Positions 1 through 9,800 of a stretch of 64,000 bases of DNA are shown piece by piece. The translations under genes were made by a program, and so were the position numbers. Origin of the DNA: an uncultured Pseudomonadota bacterium (GTDB taxonomy: Bacteria; Oederibacteriota; Muellerivitia; Muellerivitales; Muellerivitaceae); NCBI GenBank assembly GCA_963770835.1, contig CAVYRH010000019.1, forward strand, positions 96,001-160,000. Reading direction: 5' to 3'. Under the pieces are notes generated by a model that saw nothing but the letters and a program-made list of their open reading frames with translations, did not search any database and had not been told where the DNA came from. Numbering within the stretch: position 1 is the first letter of the stretch; each line of letters starts with the position of its first letter.

Positions 1-2
1 TT

Positions 3-593
3 CCATATGTATCTAGCGGGGGCGGACACGGCGGAGCCGGTCAAACAGTTTGTGATACTGGTTCTCCTGTTTGCCAAAGCTGTGTAACTGCTAATGGGGG
101 AATAGCAAATGATGATCCGGTTCATCCTTCGTTGATGGGTAGCGGAGGGGGTGAATTGGTAGGGAATGGCGAGACTTTGGGAGTTTACTCAAACGGAGGA
201 GGATTATTACAAGTTGTAGTTTTAAATCCTTCTAGCAATGTTTTGGGGACCGCAACCATCAACGGGACCATCGATATGAGTGGAATCCGGGGTTGTCCGC
301 AATGCGGACCATTAGCTGAAAGCGGGGGCGGTGGGGCCGGTGGAACGATTTTGATTGAAGCGAGTACAATTTCCGGCACTGGGCTCCTACAAGCAAATGG
401 GGGAATTTGTGGTGGAAATTGGGGCGGTGCTGGTGGGGGCGGTATTATTTCTTTGATAACTAATTCATCTTCTTTTCCAGGCACTATTTCTGTAGCAGGC
501 GGAAATGGTGATTATTCTAGTTCACCGTGCGGTACAGGTTGGACTGGTCAAGGTATTGTGACATTCACAATAGCCCCAAGTAGCGGTTATTAA
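3..593 (+). CDS. Gly-rich secreted/surface protein, C-terminal part (5' end outside window)
   Basis: Frame is open from base 3 (PYVSSGGGHGGAGQTVC...) to TAA at 591-593. Repeated GGGHGG/GSGGG/GGGAGG/GGGGII motifs alternate with short beta-strand-like segments and Cys pairs. Confidence 0.75.
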   Translation, partial: PYVSSGGGHGGAGQTVCDTGSPVCQSCVTANGGIANDDPVHPSLMGSGGGELVGNGETLGVYSNGGGLLQVVVLNPSSNVLGTATINGTIDMSGIRGCPQCGPLAESGGGGAGGTILIEASTISGTGLLQANGGICGGNWGGAGGGGIISLITNSSSFPGTISVAGGNGDYSSSPCGTGWTGQGIVTFTIAPSSGY

Positions 594-1376
594 TCGGTAA
601 GCAAACAGTTGAAATAGGTATTCATGGAAGAGCCGATTTGGTAGGAGTTTTTTGATGAAGCTCGGGTCTGGCAGTCTGAAATATCGGTGTTTTTGGGGCA
701 GACCCAGAAATGAGAAGGGTGCCTGGCCGCCATATTCCATTTCGTGCCAAACCCTCTTGAGGCGTTCTGATTCTAATACTCTTCCCTGATAATAAAGGGG
801 GTCACCCTAATCCATTTTCGATCTTTTTGGCCGGGTCCTTCCCCACCTGGAGCACATGGCGCTCATAGGGGTAAGGCCCCCTATGCTACCCCTCCTAAAC
901 CTAACCCATGACACCGGCCCCTTGCCCAGCCTGTCCCCCCGAAAATCGGCCAAATTGGGGGTGGTGGTGATTAAATCGCGGACCCGGGGCCGGGAAAAGG
1001 CGGCCTTCCCGGTATTCTTCATATTTTCTGGAGATTCTCCAGAACTTGTCCCCTTCCAAGCGGATGAAATTCAGCCGCTGAATTTTTGGGACCCCGGCAT
1101 CTTCCGATAACTTCAACAATCCTTGTTGGGAAGGCCGGTTTTTAGGCAATTCTCCGCCCGCGAATCCAGCAGGGGGCTACCCCAACGGTCGCTGCGGCCT
1201 AGTCACTAGGTAAGGCCCTCGGCCAACCGCCAAGAATGACTCCCAGGTCAAAGGGAGCCTTCCCGGTTTGCTTCCAATTTCGGGGTTTTCGGACATATGA
1301 AAAACAAGGGTTTCCGTGTTCTTCCGCAATGATTTGGGAATGTCATTATTCCCCTTATTTTTCGCGTTGCTCGGCG

Positions 1377-2362
1377 CATGCCTATCCGCAAAGCGCATGT
1401 TGAAATAAAGGAATACAAGCGTATTCTATCCACTGAAGGAGGTGTTTCATGAACTACCAGCGGATGAAAACGGTTGAGATTTTCAGGGAAATTGATACTG
1501 AGAAGAAAGCCCTTGAGTGGATCTGGAAGAGTCGTTTTGGGGGAAAAGCTTTTATTTGCCCCCACTGTGAGAACGAAAGCTATTGGCAGCATCAAAGTCG
1601 CCCGGAAATAAGGCAATGTGACTCTTGCTCAAAACAAATCCGGGTGCGGGCAGGAACCATTTTCCAGCATTCCAAGCTTCCCTTGCTCGTTTGGGTGAGG
1701 GCTATCGGTTTTGTCATGCAAGGTAAAAGAGGCATGGCGGCCGAGGAACTTAAACGGCATCTGGGGAGACGTTACGAAACAGTCTGGGGGATGCTGCAAA
1801 AGATGCGGGAAGCTTTGGAACAACGGGAAAAACCCTATCAGCTCAAGGATTTGATCGAATTGGATGGGGCTTTTTTAGGGCGTCGTCGTTATTACAATCA
1901 AGTCGCATTACTTATTGGGGTTGAAAGTAAGGAATGGGTGGACGAGAAAGGTCGAAAAAAGCCAAAAGCTGGATTTGCCAAAGTGAAAGTGGCCTCTGAA
2001 ACCCTCTGGCATGCCAACGAATTCGTCAATCAAGCCATCCAAAAGGACTCGCGGATACGCATGGACGCTAGTTCCCGTTTAAGGAAGCTGGAAAACGTAA
2101 CGGTGGAATACGAGAAAATGGACAGAAACCGTCAAGCTTGTGACCGCTGGTTGCCGTGGGTTCATAAGTTCATTTCCAATGCCAAGACATGGATTCTTGG
2201 AACCCATCATGGGGTAGGAGTCAGATATGTTGGCCGTTACTTGGCCGAATACACCTATCGCTTCAACCGACGGCATGACCCGGATTCCTTATTCCACAGA
2301 GCTTTAACCGCCTGTGCACTCGCTAAACCCATAACTTTACATGCGCTTTGCGGATAGGCATG
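1377..2362 (+). mobile_element. Complete IS1595-family insertion sequence (986 bp)
   Basis: Perfect 24-bp terminal inverted repeats CATGCCTATCCGCAAAGCGCATGT (1377-1400 and 2339-2362), flanked by the 8-bp direct repeat GCTCGGCG (1369-1376, 2363-2370). Contains one transposase ORF. Confidence 0.96.
1449..2357 (+). CDS. IS1595-family DDE transposase
   Basis: N-terminal Zn ribbon (CPHC...CDSC), IELDGAF and RMD acidic motifs, C-terminal YLAEYTYRFNRR signature. GGAGG RBS; the stop codon lies inside the right TIR. Confidence 0.95.
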   Translation: MNYQRMKTVEIFREIDTEKKALEWIWKSRFGGKAFICPHCENESYWQHQSRPEIRQCDSCSKQIRVRAGTIFQHSKLPLLVWVRAIGFVMQGKRGMAAEELKRHLGRRYETVWGMLQKMREALEQREKPYQLKDLIELDGAFLGRRRYYNQVALLIGVESKEWVDEKGRKKPKAGFAKVKVASETLWHANEFVNQAIQKDSRIRMDASSRLRKLENVTVEYEKMDRNRQACDRWLPWVHKFISNAKTWILGTHHGVGVRYVGRYLAEYTYRFNRRHDPDSLFHRALTACALAKPITLHALCG

Positions 2363-2415
2363 GCTCGGCGCAACTCGATTTACAGGGATTTTAGTGGTGT
2401 TTTTAGGTTTCGGCC

Positions 2416-2919
2416 TCAGCCCCGCTCGAACCGGGCGAAGTGGGCGGGCAGGGGGATGCCGAACCGGTCGCACAGCGCCTTGACGTCCCGGTAGTCGTCC
2501 CCGTCCGGCTCGTAGCCCTCATGGAATTTGACCAGCCACTCCGCCGGAATGCACCGGACGGGGCGGCCCCCGATGGTTCCCCGGCCTGTCAGATGTTCCG
2601 GGAAGTAGGCGACGCCGAAAATATTCCGGCCCGCCTGGTCGAACTCATAGGAGTGGACGTCCACCCGGCGCCCGCGGGCGTCGCCCAGGACGAAGTTGCA
2701 ATCCCGCCGGTCCGGGCTGGGGACATCGCCGTAGCCGAGGGCTTCCAGGGCTTCCCGCAGTTTCGGCACATCCCGGTGCCGGAGCGCGATATCCAGGTCC
2801 CCATGGGACCGGGTTTGCCCGCCCAGCAGGGCGTCCACAGCCCAGCCGCCGTCCACCACCACCTCGATGCCGTTGGATTGGAAGCGGTCAAGGAGCTCAA
2901 GGACGGTGGTAACGTCCAT
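2416..2919 (-). CDS. Lincosamide/aminoglycoside nucleotidyltransferase-like protein (Lnu(A)/ANT(2'') family)
   Basis: DGGWAVDALLG-QTRSHGDLDI nucleotidyltransferase motif and C-terminal FHEGYEPD...DVKALCDRF. Start is ATG 2919 or GTG 2958. Confidence 0.8.
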   Translation of the reverse strand: MDVTTVLELLDRFQSNGIEVVVDGGWAVDALLGGQTRSHGDLDIALRHRDVPKLREALEALGYGDVPSPDRRDCNFVLGDARGRRVDVHSYEFDQAGRNIFGVAYFPEHLTGRGTIGGRPVRCIPAEWLVKFHEGYEPDGDDYRDVKALCDRFGIPLPAHFARFERG

Positions 2920-3032
2920 TAGGTTGGATGGTTCCGCCGGGTCCGGCATTCTTGCCACCTACCGGTAAGTCATTGGAATTTTAACGGCGATTCGGGGGCA
3001 ACCCCGCTTTTCCTTGAATAAGAACCCATCGG

Positions 3033-3773
3033 TCATGATGAAACTTCGCTCAAAAATTCTTTTAAAATCTTCACATCCTCATTTTTTAACATCAAAAATC
3101 GAAGACCGGCGCCCAATTCATTGGCCCAAACAACTTCAGCGTAAAAGTTCAAACGCTTTGATATAGCGGGCAGGGAAAAATGGACCCGCAGGATGCTGCC
3201 CGCAAGCAGCTTTTGGTCCGCTAATACATACATTCCTCCCAAACTCATATCCACGGTTTGCGCCCTTTTTTCTTTCGTTCGCCAATCTATACCATCCTCA
3301 AATTCCTCATCGTCCTTTACCAACAGGTATTCGACCGGTACTTTGACTTGGGTCCGGGGATAGGCTCTTTTTTCCATGAGCATGGTGCCTTGGATCATTT
3401 TTCCCGCTTCGTCTTCCCGCCCGGCACGGGGCTTAAAACCACTGGTATCGATCCTCGAAAAAAGCCGCGAAAAAGAAACATCCAAGGTTTGGGCAATCTT
3501 TTTAACGGCCTTGGCCGACGTATGCACCTCATCCAAGGCGGATTCGATATGGGCAATAACCTCCGTAGGTTCCCCTGCTTTTTCGGCTAATTCCTCCTGG
3601 CTCCAACCTTTTTCCCTTCTCAGTTCAAACACGTTGAAAGCCAGGCATGGCCAAGGTTCCCAGCCATTCAAATCCTTATAAATCCGTGGATTTTTCTTTT
3701 TAAACTCAAGCAGGCACTCGGCATGGGTTGCCGTTCGTGAGTTTTCCGGGTTCTGTGAGTCTTCGGTATTCAT
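3033..3773 (-). CDS. XRE-family HTH + PilZ domain fusion protein
   Basis: N-terminal LRREKGWSQEELAEKAG...IAHIE HTH. C-terminal PilZ with RAYPR (RxxxR) and DMSLGG (DxSxxG) motifs. Confidence 0.85.
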   Translation of the reverse strand: MNTEDSQNPENSRTATHAECLLEFKKKNPRIYKDLNGWEPWPCLAFNVFELRREKGWSQEELAEKAGEPTEVIAHIESALDEVHTSAKAVKKIAQTLDVSFSRLFSRIDTSGFKPRAGREDEAGKMIQGTMLMEKRAYPRTQVKVPVEYLLVKDDEEFEDGIDWRTKEKRAQTVDMSLGGMYVLADQKLLAGSILRVHFSLPAISKRLNFYAEVVWANELGAGLRFLMLKNEDVKILKEFLSEVSS

Positions 3774-3883
3774 AAAGGCCCTTTCAAAATTCCACGGCGG
3801 CTTTTCGCCCAGTCTTAAGAAACTGGAATTTCAGTGAATTAGTTTATCCACGACGGGGGGCCAGGTAATAGTTTTTTCGGGAA

Positions 3884-6800
3884 TCAGTGGATGATTTGGA
3901 TCCGGAGGACTTTGTGGCCGATGATTCCGGTGGCCGAACGCATTTCCACCACGGCCAGGTAGGTGCCGCTGGCGATGGAAACCCCGCTCAAGTCCCAATC
4001 CACTTCACCCGGGGTGCCCGGGTTGCTGGTGAGGTTGGTCCTTAACAGTTCCCCGGCTACGGTGTAAATCCGGATATCGGCATGCGTCAACTGCCCGCCG
4101 GCGGTGTTGATGAGGAACCGGGCCTGGGTTGTCTGGTTCAAGTTGATCGGGTTGGGGGCCATCACCACCCCCGAGATGGCGTTGGCCCCGCTGTTCACGA
4201 TATGCACCGGCATGACGATTTGCTGGGTAGTGCCGCCCGTGGTGGTGGATTGGATCTCAATATAGTAGGTCCCCGAGGTTAAGAACCCCCCCGTTTCTCC
4301 CGATCCGTCCCAATTGAAGCTGCGGCCCGATCCCAGGGTGATGGCGATGTTGTTGTTGGTTCCCGCGGCGTAGGAAACCACCAGGTTATTGCTGGAAAGC
4401 TTCGCGTTCATCACATTGTAATCCGCCGGCATCAAGGACCCCGAAGCGCCCCCCAACATGGCCTGGATCTGGGCCTGCGTAAAGGTCTTCACAACCTCGC
4501 CCGCCTCGTTATAGACCGCCACTTGCAGCGTGCTGCTGGCGATGTTCACCGTGACGTCCTTGGTGACGGTCGTGACCACACCCAGGGGATCGGTGCTCTG
4601 GATCTTGATGAAATATTCCCCGTCGGTGACCTTGGTGCCGCTGGAATTGGTGGCATCCCACGTTCCAATATTCACCCCGTCGTAGATGACCTGGGCCGTC
4701 TGGGAATCCGTGGTAATGACCCCGTTCTGGAGGGTGAAGTTGGAAATGGCGGTGCCCATGTCGAAGGTGGCCAGGGTCTTCACCAGTTCACCCGCCTGGT
4801 TGTAAACCGCCAGCTGGATTAAATAGGCCCCCGTTACGGTCACCCCGTTGGTGGCGCAGACCATCCCGTTGGCGAAAGTCAGGCAGGCCTTATTGAGCAA
4901 AGTGGAGGCCGTGATGTTGGACTCTTCCACGGAGGCCTGGATTTGGTAAGTGACCGTCATTGAGGCGCCCGGCCCCAGGGAAGCAATGTTCCAAGTCAGG
5001 GTGTTCGCGGCCGTGCTATAGGCCCCGCCGTTGGAAGCGGAACCCTGGACATAAGTCATGAGGGTGGTGGCGGGCAGGCTGTCGGTCAAAACCGCGTTGG
5101 TGACCAGGACACCACTGGGGTTGGAATAGACCAGGGTGTAGTTGATGAAATCGAGGGGTTTGGCGTTCGTTTCCGAGGAGGTCTTGACCAGGGACAGGTA
5201 AGGCGTGGGCGTCGGGGTGAAGGTCATCGTGAAGGTGTAGGTCGGCGTGGCCGTGAAGGTGGAAGTGGCCGTATTCGTGCGCGTAAAGGTGGGGGTCGGG
5301 GTGGGGGTATAGGTGGGCGTCGAGGTCGGGGTGGAGGTATGGGTGTTGGTCGGGCTATTGGTGGAAGTGTAGGTCGGCGTGTAGGTGTCCGTCATCGTGG
5401 GCGTGCTGGTGGGGGTGGAAGTATTGGTCATCGTCGGCGTCATCGTCGGCGTCAAGGTGGGTGTGAGGGTAGCCGTGTTGGTGGGGGTGGCGGAAGGCGT
5501 GCTCGTATAGGTATTGGTCGGCGTTTGGGTGACGGTGGCGGTGGGGGTGCTGGTCGTCGTATTCGTGGCCGTGGCGGTGGGCGTTTGGGTGGGTGTCATC
5601 GTGGGTGTTCCCGTCGTCGTGGAAGTCGGTGTATCGGTGGCCGTGTTGGTGGACGTATAGGTGTTAGTGGCGGTGGCCGTGTTCGTCGGCGTCCCGGTGG
5701 CCGTCGGGGTGGGAGTGTCGGTGGCGGTATTCGTGGCCGTCGCGGTGGGCGTCTGGGTGACGGTCAAAGTGGGGGTTCCCGTCGCCGTGGAGGTCGGTGT
5801 ATCGGTGGCCGTGTTGGTGGCTGTATTGGTGGCGGTGGCGGTGGCCGTATTCGCCGGCGTATTGGTGGCCGTATCGGTGGCGGTTGAGGTGGCCGTATTC
5901 GTGGCCGTGGAAGTATCCGTCATCGTCGCCGTGTTGCTGGCGGTGGCTGTGGCGGTGCTGGTCGCCGTATTGGTGGCCGTACTGGTAGGCGTATTCGTGG
6001 CCGTGTCCGTCGCCGTATTCGTCGGTGTACTGGTCGCCGTCAACGTAGCCGTGTTGGTGGCCGTGTTCGTCGCGGTGGCGGTAGCCGTATCCGTGGCGGT
6101 GTTGGTCGGCGAATTGGACGTGGTCGGCGTCGGGGTATTGGTCGCGGTGGCGGTAGCCGTATCCGTAGCCGTGTTTGTGGCCGTCGAGGTGGCGGTGTCG
6201 GTGGCTGTATTGGTCGGCGTATTCGAAGTCGTGGGTGTGGCCGTATTGGTGGCCGTATTCGTGGCCGTGGCGGTTGAGGTGTTGGTGGCCGTGTTGGTGG
6301 CCGTACCAGTCGGCGTATTCGTGGCCGTGTTGGTCGGGGTGTTGGACGTTGTCGGGGTCGCAGTGTTGGTAGCCGTGTTGCTGGCCGTCGAAGTGGCGGT
6401 CAAGGTGGCCGTGTTCGTCGCCGTATCCGTGGCGGTGTTGGTGGCGGTGTTCGTCGGCGTATTGATAGAGGTATTGGTCGCCGTATTCGTCGCGGTGGCG
6501 GTGGCCGTGTTCGTGGCTGTATTTGTAGCCGTAGAGGTAGCGGTGTTGGTAGCCGTATTGGTCGGCGTGTTGGTGGTGGTCGGAGTCGCGGTATTGGTGG
6601 CCGTATTGGTGGCAGTGGCGGTGGCCGTATTCGTGGCCGTGTTGGTCGGGGTGTTGGAAGTTGTCGGGGTTGCGGTATTAGTAGCCGTGTTCGTCGCTGT
6701 GGCAGTGGCCGTGTTTGTGGCGGTGTTGGTGGTCGTCGAGGTAGCGGTGTTGGTGGCTGTGTTCGTCGCGGTGCCCGTAGCCGTGTTGGTCGCGGTATTC

Positions 6801-9800
6801 GTCGGCGTATTAATAGAGGTATTGGTGGCCGTATTCGTCGCGGTGGCGGTAGCCGTATCCGTAGCCGTATTTGTGGCCGTGCTTGTCGCCGTATTCGTTG
6901 CCGTATTGGTCGGCGTATTGGTGGTGGTCGGAGTCGCGGTATTGGTGGCAGTGTTCGTGGCCGTGCTGGTGGCTGTATTCGTCGCCGTGTTGGTCGGGGT
7001 GTTGGAAGTTGTCGGGGTCGCGGTATTAGTAGCCGTGTTCGTCGCTGTGGCAGTGGCCGTGTTCGTGGCGGTGTTGGTGGTCGTCGAGGTAGCGGTGTTG
7101 GTGGCTGTGTTCGTCGCGGTGCTCGTAGCCGTATTGGTCGCGGTGTTCGTCGGCGTATTGATAGAGGTATTGGTGGCCGTATTCGTCGCGGTGGCGGTGG
7201 CCGTGTTTGTGGCTGTATTTGTAGCCGTAGAGGTAGCGGTGCTGGTAGCCGTATTGGTCGGCGTATTGGTTGTAGTCGGAGTAGGCGTATTCGTGGCAGT
7301 GTTCGTGGCAGTGCTGGTGGCCGTATTCGTCGCCGTGTTGGTCGGTGTGTTGGAAGTTGTCGGGGTCGCGGTATTGGTAGCCGTGTTCGTCGCCGTGGCA
7401 GTGGCCGTGTTAGTGGCGGTATTGGTGGTCGTCGAGGTAGCAGTGTTAGTGGCTGTGTTCGTCGCCGTATCCGTGGCCGTGTTAGTTGAAGTGTTGGTCG
7501 GCGTGTTGATAGAGGTATTGGTCGCCGTGTTCGTCGCGGTGGCGGTGGCCGTGTTTGTGGCTGTATTTGTAGCCGTAGAGGTAGCGGTGCTGGTAGCCGT
7601 ATTGGTCGGCGTATTGGTTGTAGTCGGAGTAGGCGTATTCGTGGCAGTGTTGGTGGCCGTATTCGTCGCCGTGTTGGTCGGGGTGTTGGAAGTTGTCGGG
7701 GTCGCGGTATTGGTAGCCGTGTTGGTCGCCGTGGCAGTCGCCGTGTTCGTGGCCGTGTTGGTGGTCGTCGAGGTAGCGGTATTGGTGGCTGTGTTCGTCG
7801 CCGTATCCGTGGCCGTGTTGGTGGCGGTATTAGTCGGCGTATTGATGGAGGTATTGGTCGCAGTGTTCGTCGCAGTGGCGGTGGCCGTGTTCGTGGCAGT
7901 GTTGGTAGCCGTAGAGGTAGCGGTGTTGGTGGCCGTATTGGTCGGCGTATTAGTTGTAGTCGGAGTTGCGGTATTGGTAGCAGTGTTCGTGGCCGTGCTG
8001 GTGGCCGTATTCGTCGCCGTGTTGGTGGGAGTGTTGGAGGTTGTCGGGGTCGCGGTATTGGTAGCCGTGTTGGTCGCCGTGGCAGTGGCCGTGTTCGTGG
8101 CAGTATTGGTGGTCGTCGAGGTAGCGGTGTTTGTGGCTGTGTTCGTCGCCGTGTTCGTGGCCGTGTTGGTGGCGGTATTCGTCGGCGTATTGATAGAGGT
8201 ATTGGTGGCCGTATTCGTCGCGGTGGCGGTAGCCGTGTTCGTGGCAGTGTTGGTAGCCGTAGAGGTAGCGGTGTTGGTAGCCGTATTGGTCGGCGTGTTG
8301 GTGGTGGTCGGAGTCGCGGTATTGGTAGCAGTGTTCGTGGCCGTGCTGGTGGCTGTATTCGTCGCCGTGTTGGTCGGGGTGTTGGAAGTTGTCGGGGTCG
8401 CAGTGTTGGTAGCCGTGTTGGTCGCCGTGGCAGTGGCCGTGTTCGTGGCAGTATTGGTGGTCGTCGAGGTAGCGGTGTTTGTGGCTGTGTTCGTCGCCGT
8501 GTTCGTGGCCGTGTTGGTGGCGGTATTCGTCGGCGTATTGATAGAGGTATTGGTGGCCGTATTCGTCGCGGTGGCGGTAGCCGTGTTCGTGGCAGTGTTG
8601 GTAGCCGTAGAGGTAGCGGTGTTGGTAGCCGTATTGGTCGGCGTGTTGGTGGTGGTCGGAGTCGCGGTATTGGTAGCAGTGTTCGTGGCCGTGCTGGTGG
8701 CTGTATTCGTCGCCGTGTTGGTCGGGGTGTTGGAAGTTGTCGGGGTCGCAGTGTTGGTAGCCGTGTTCGTCGCCGTGGCAGTGGCCGTGTTCGTGGCAGT
8801 GTTGGTGGTCGTCGAGGTAGAGGTATTGGTGGCCGTATTAGTCGCCGTGTTCGTGGCCGTGTTGGTGGCGGTATTCGTCGGCGTATTGATAGAGGTATTG
8901 GTCGCCGTGTTCGTCGCGGTGGCGGTGGCCGTGTTCGTGGCTGTATTTGTAGCCGTCGAGGTAGCAGTGTTGGTAGCCGTATTGGTCGGCGTATTGGTGG
9001 TGGTCGGCGTTGCGGTATTGGTAGCAGTGTTCGTCGCCGTCTTGGTGGCCGTATTCGTCGCCGTGTTGGTCGGCGTATTGGAGGTTGTCGGGGTCGCGGT
9101 ATTGGTAGCCGTGCTTGTCGCCGTGGCAGTGGCCGTGTTCGTGGCAGTGTTGGTGGTCGTCGAGGTAGCGGTGTTGGTGGCAGTGTTAGTCGCCGTGTTC
9201 GTGGCCGTGTTGGTGGCGGTATTAGTCGGCGTATTAATAGAGGTATTGGTGGCCGTGTTCGTCGCGGTGGCGGTGGCCGTATTCGTAGCTGTATTTGTGG
9301 CCGTGCTTGTCGCCGTATTCGTTGCCGTATTGGTCGGCGTATTGGTTGCAGTCGGAGTCGCGGTATTGGTAGCAGTGTTCGTGGCCGTGCTGGTGGCTGT
9401 ATTCGTCGCCGTGTTGGTCGGTGTGTTGGAAGTTGTCGGGGTCGCGGTATTGGTAGCCGTGTTCGTCGCCGTGGCAGTGGCCGTGTTAGTGGCAGTATTG
9501 GTGGTCGTCGAGGTAGCAGTGTTAGTGGCTGTGTTCGTCGCCGTATCCGTGGCCGTGTTGGTGGCGGTATTCGTCGGCGTATTGATAGAGGTATTGGTCG
9601 CCGTGTTCGTCGCGGTGGCGGTAGCCGTATTCGTAGCTGTGTTGGTGGCCGTGCTTGTCGCCGTATTCGTTGCCGTGTTGGTCGGTGTATTGGTGGTGGT
9701 CGGCGTTGCTGTGTCCGTGGCAGTATTCGTCGCCGTCTTGGTGGCCGTATTTGTGGCCGTGTTGGTGGGAGTATTGGAGGTTGTCGGGGTTGCGGTATTG

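Noticed and set aside
807..1398. Short ORFs in the non-coding gap (807-1022, 856-1110, 901-1149, 1177-1398)
   Set aside because: No well-spaced RBS or recognisable motif, and they overlap each other; 901-1149 cannot be fully excluded.
1377..2958. Composite transposon carrying the lnu-like gene
   Set aside because: The TSD closes directly around the IS and no second TIR is seen beyond the gene.
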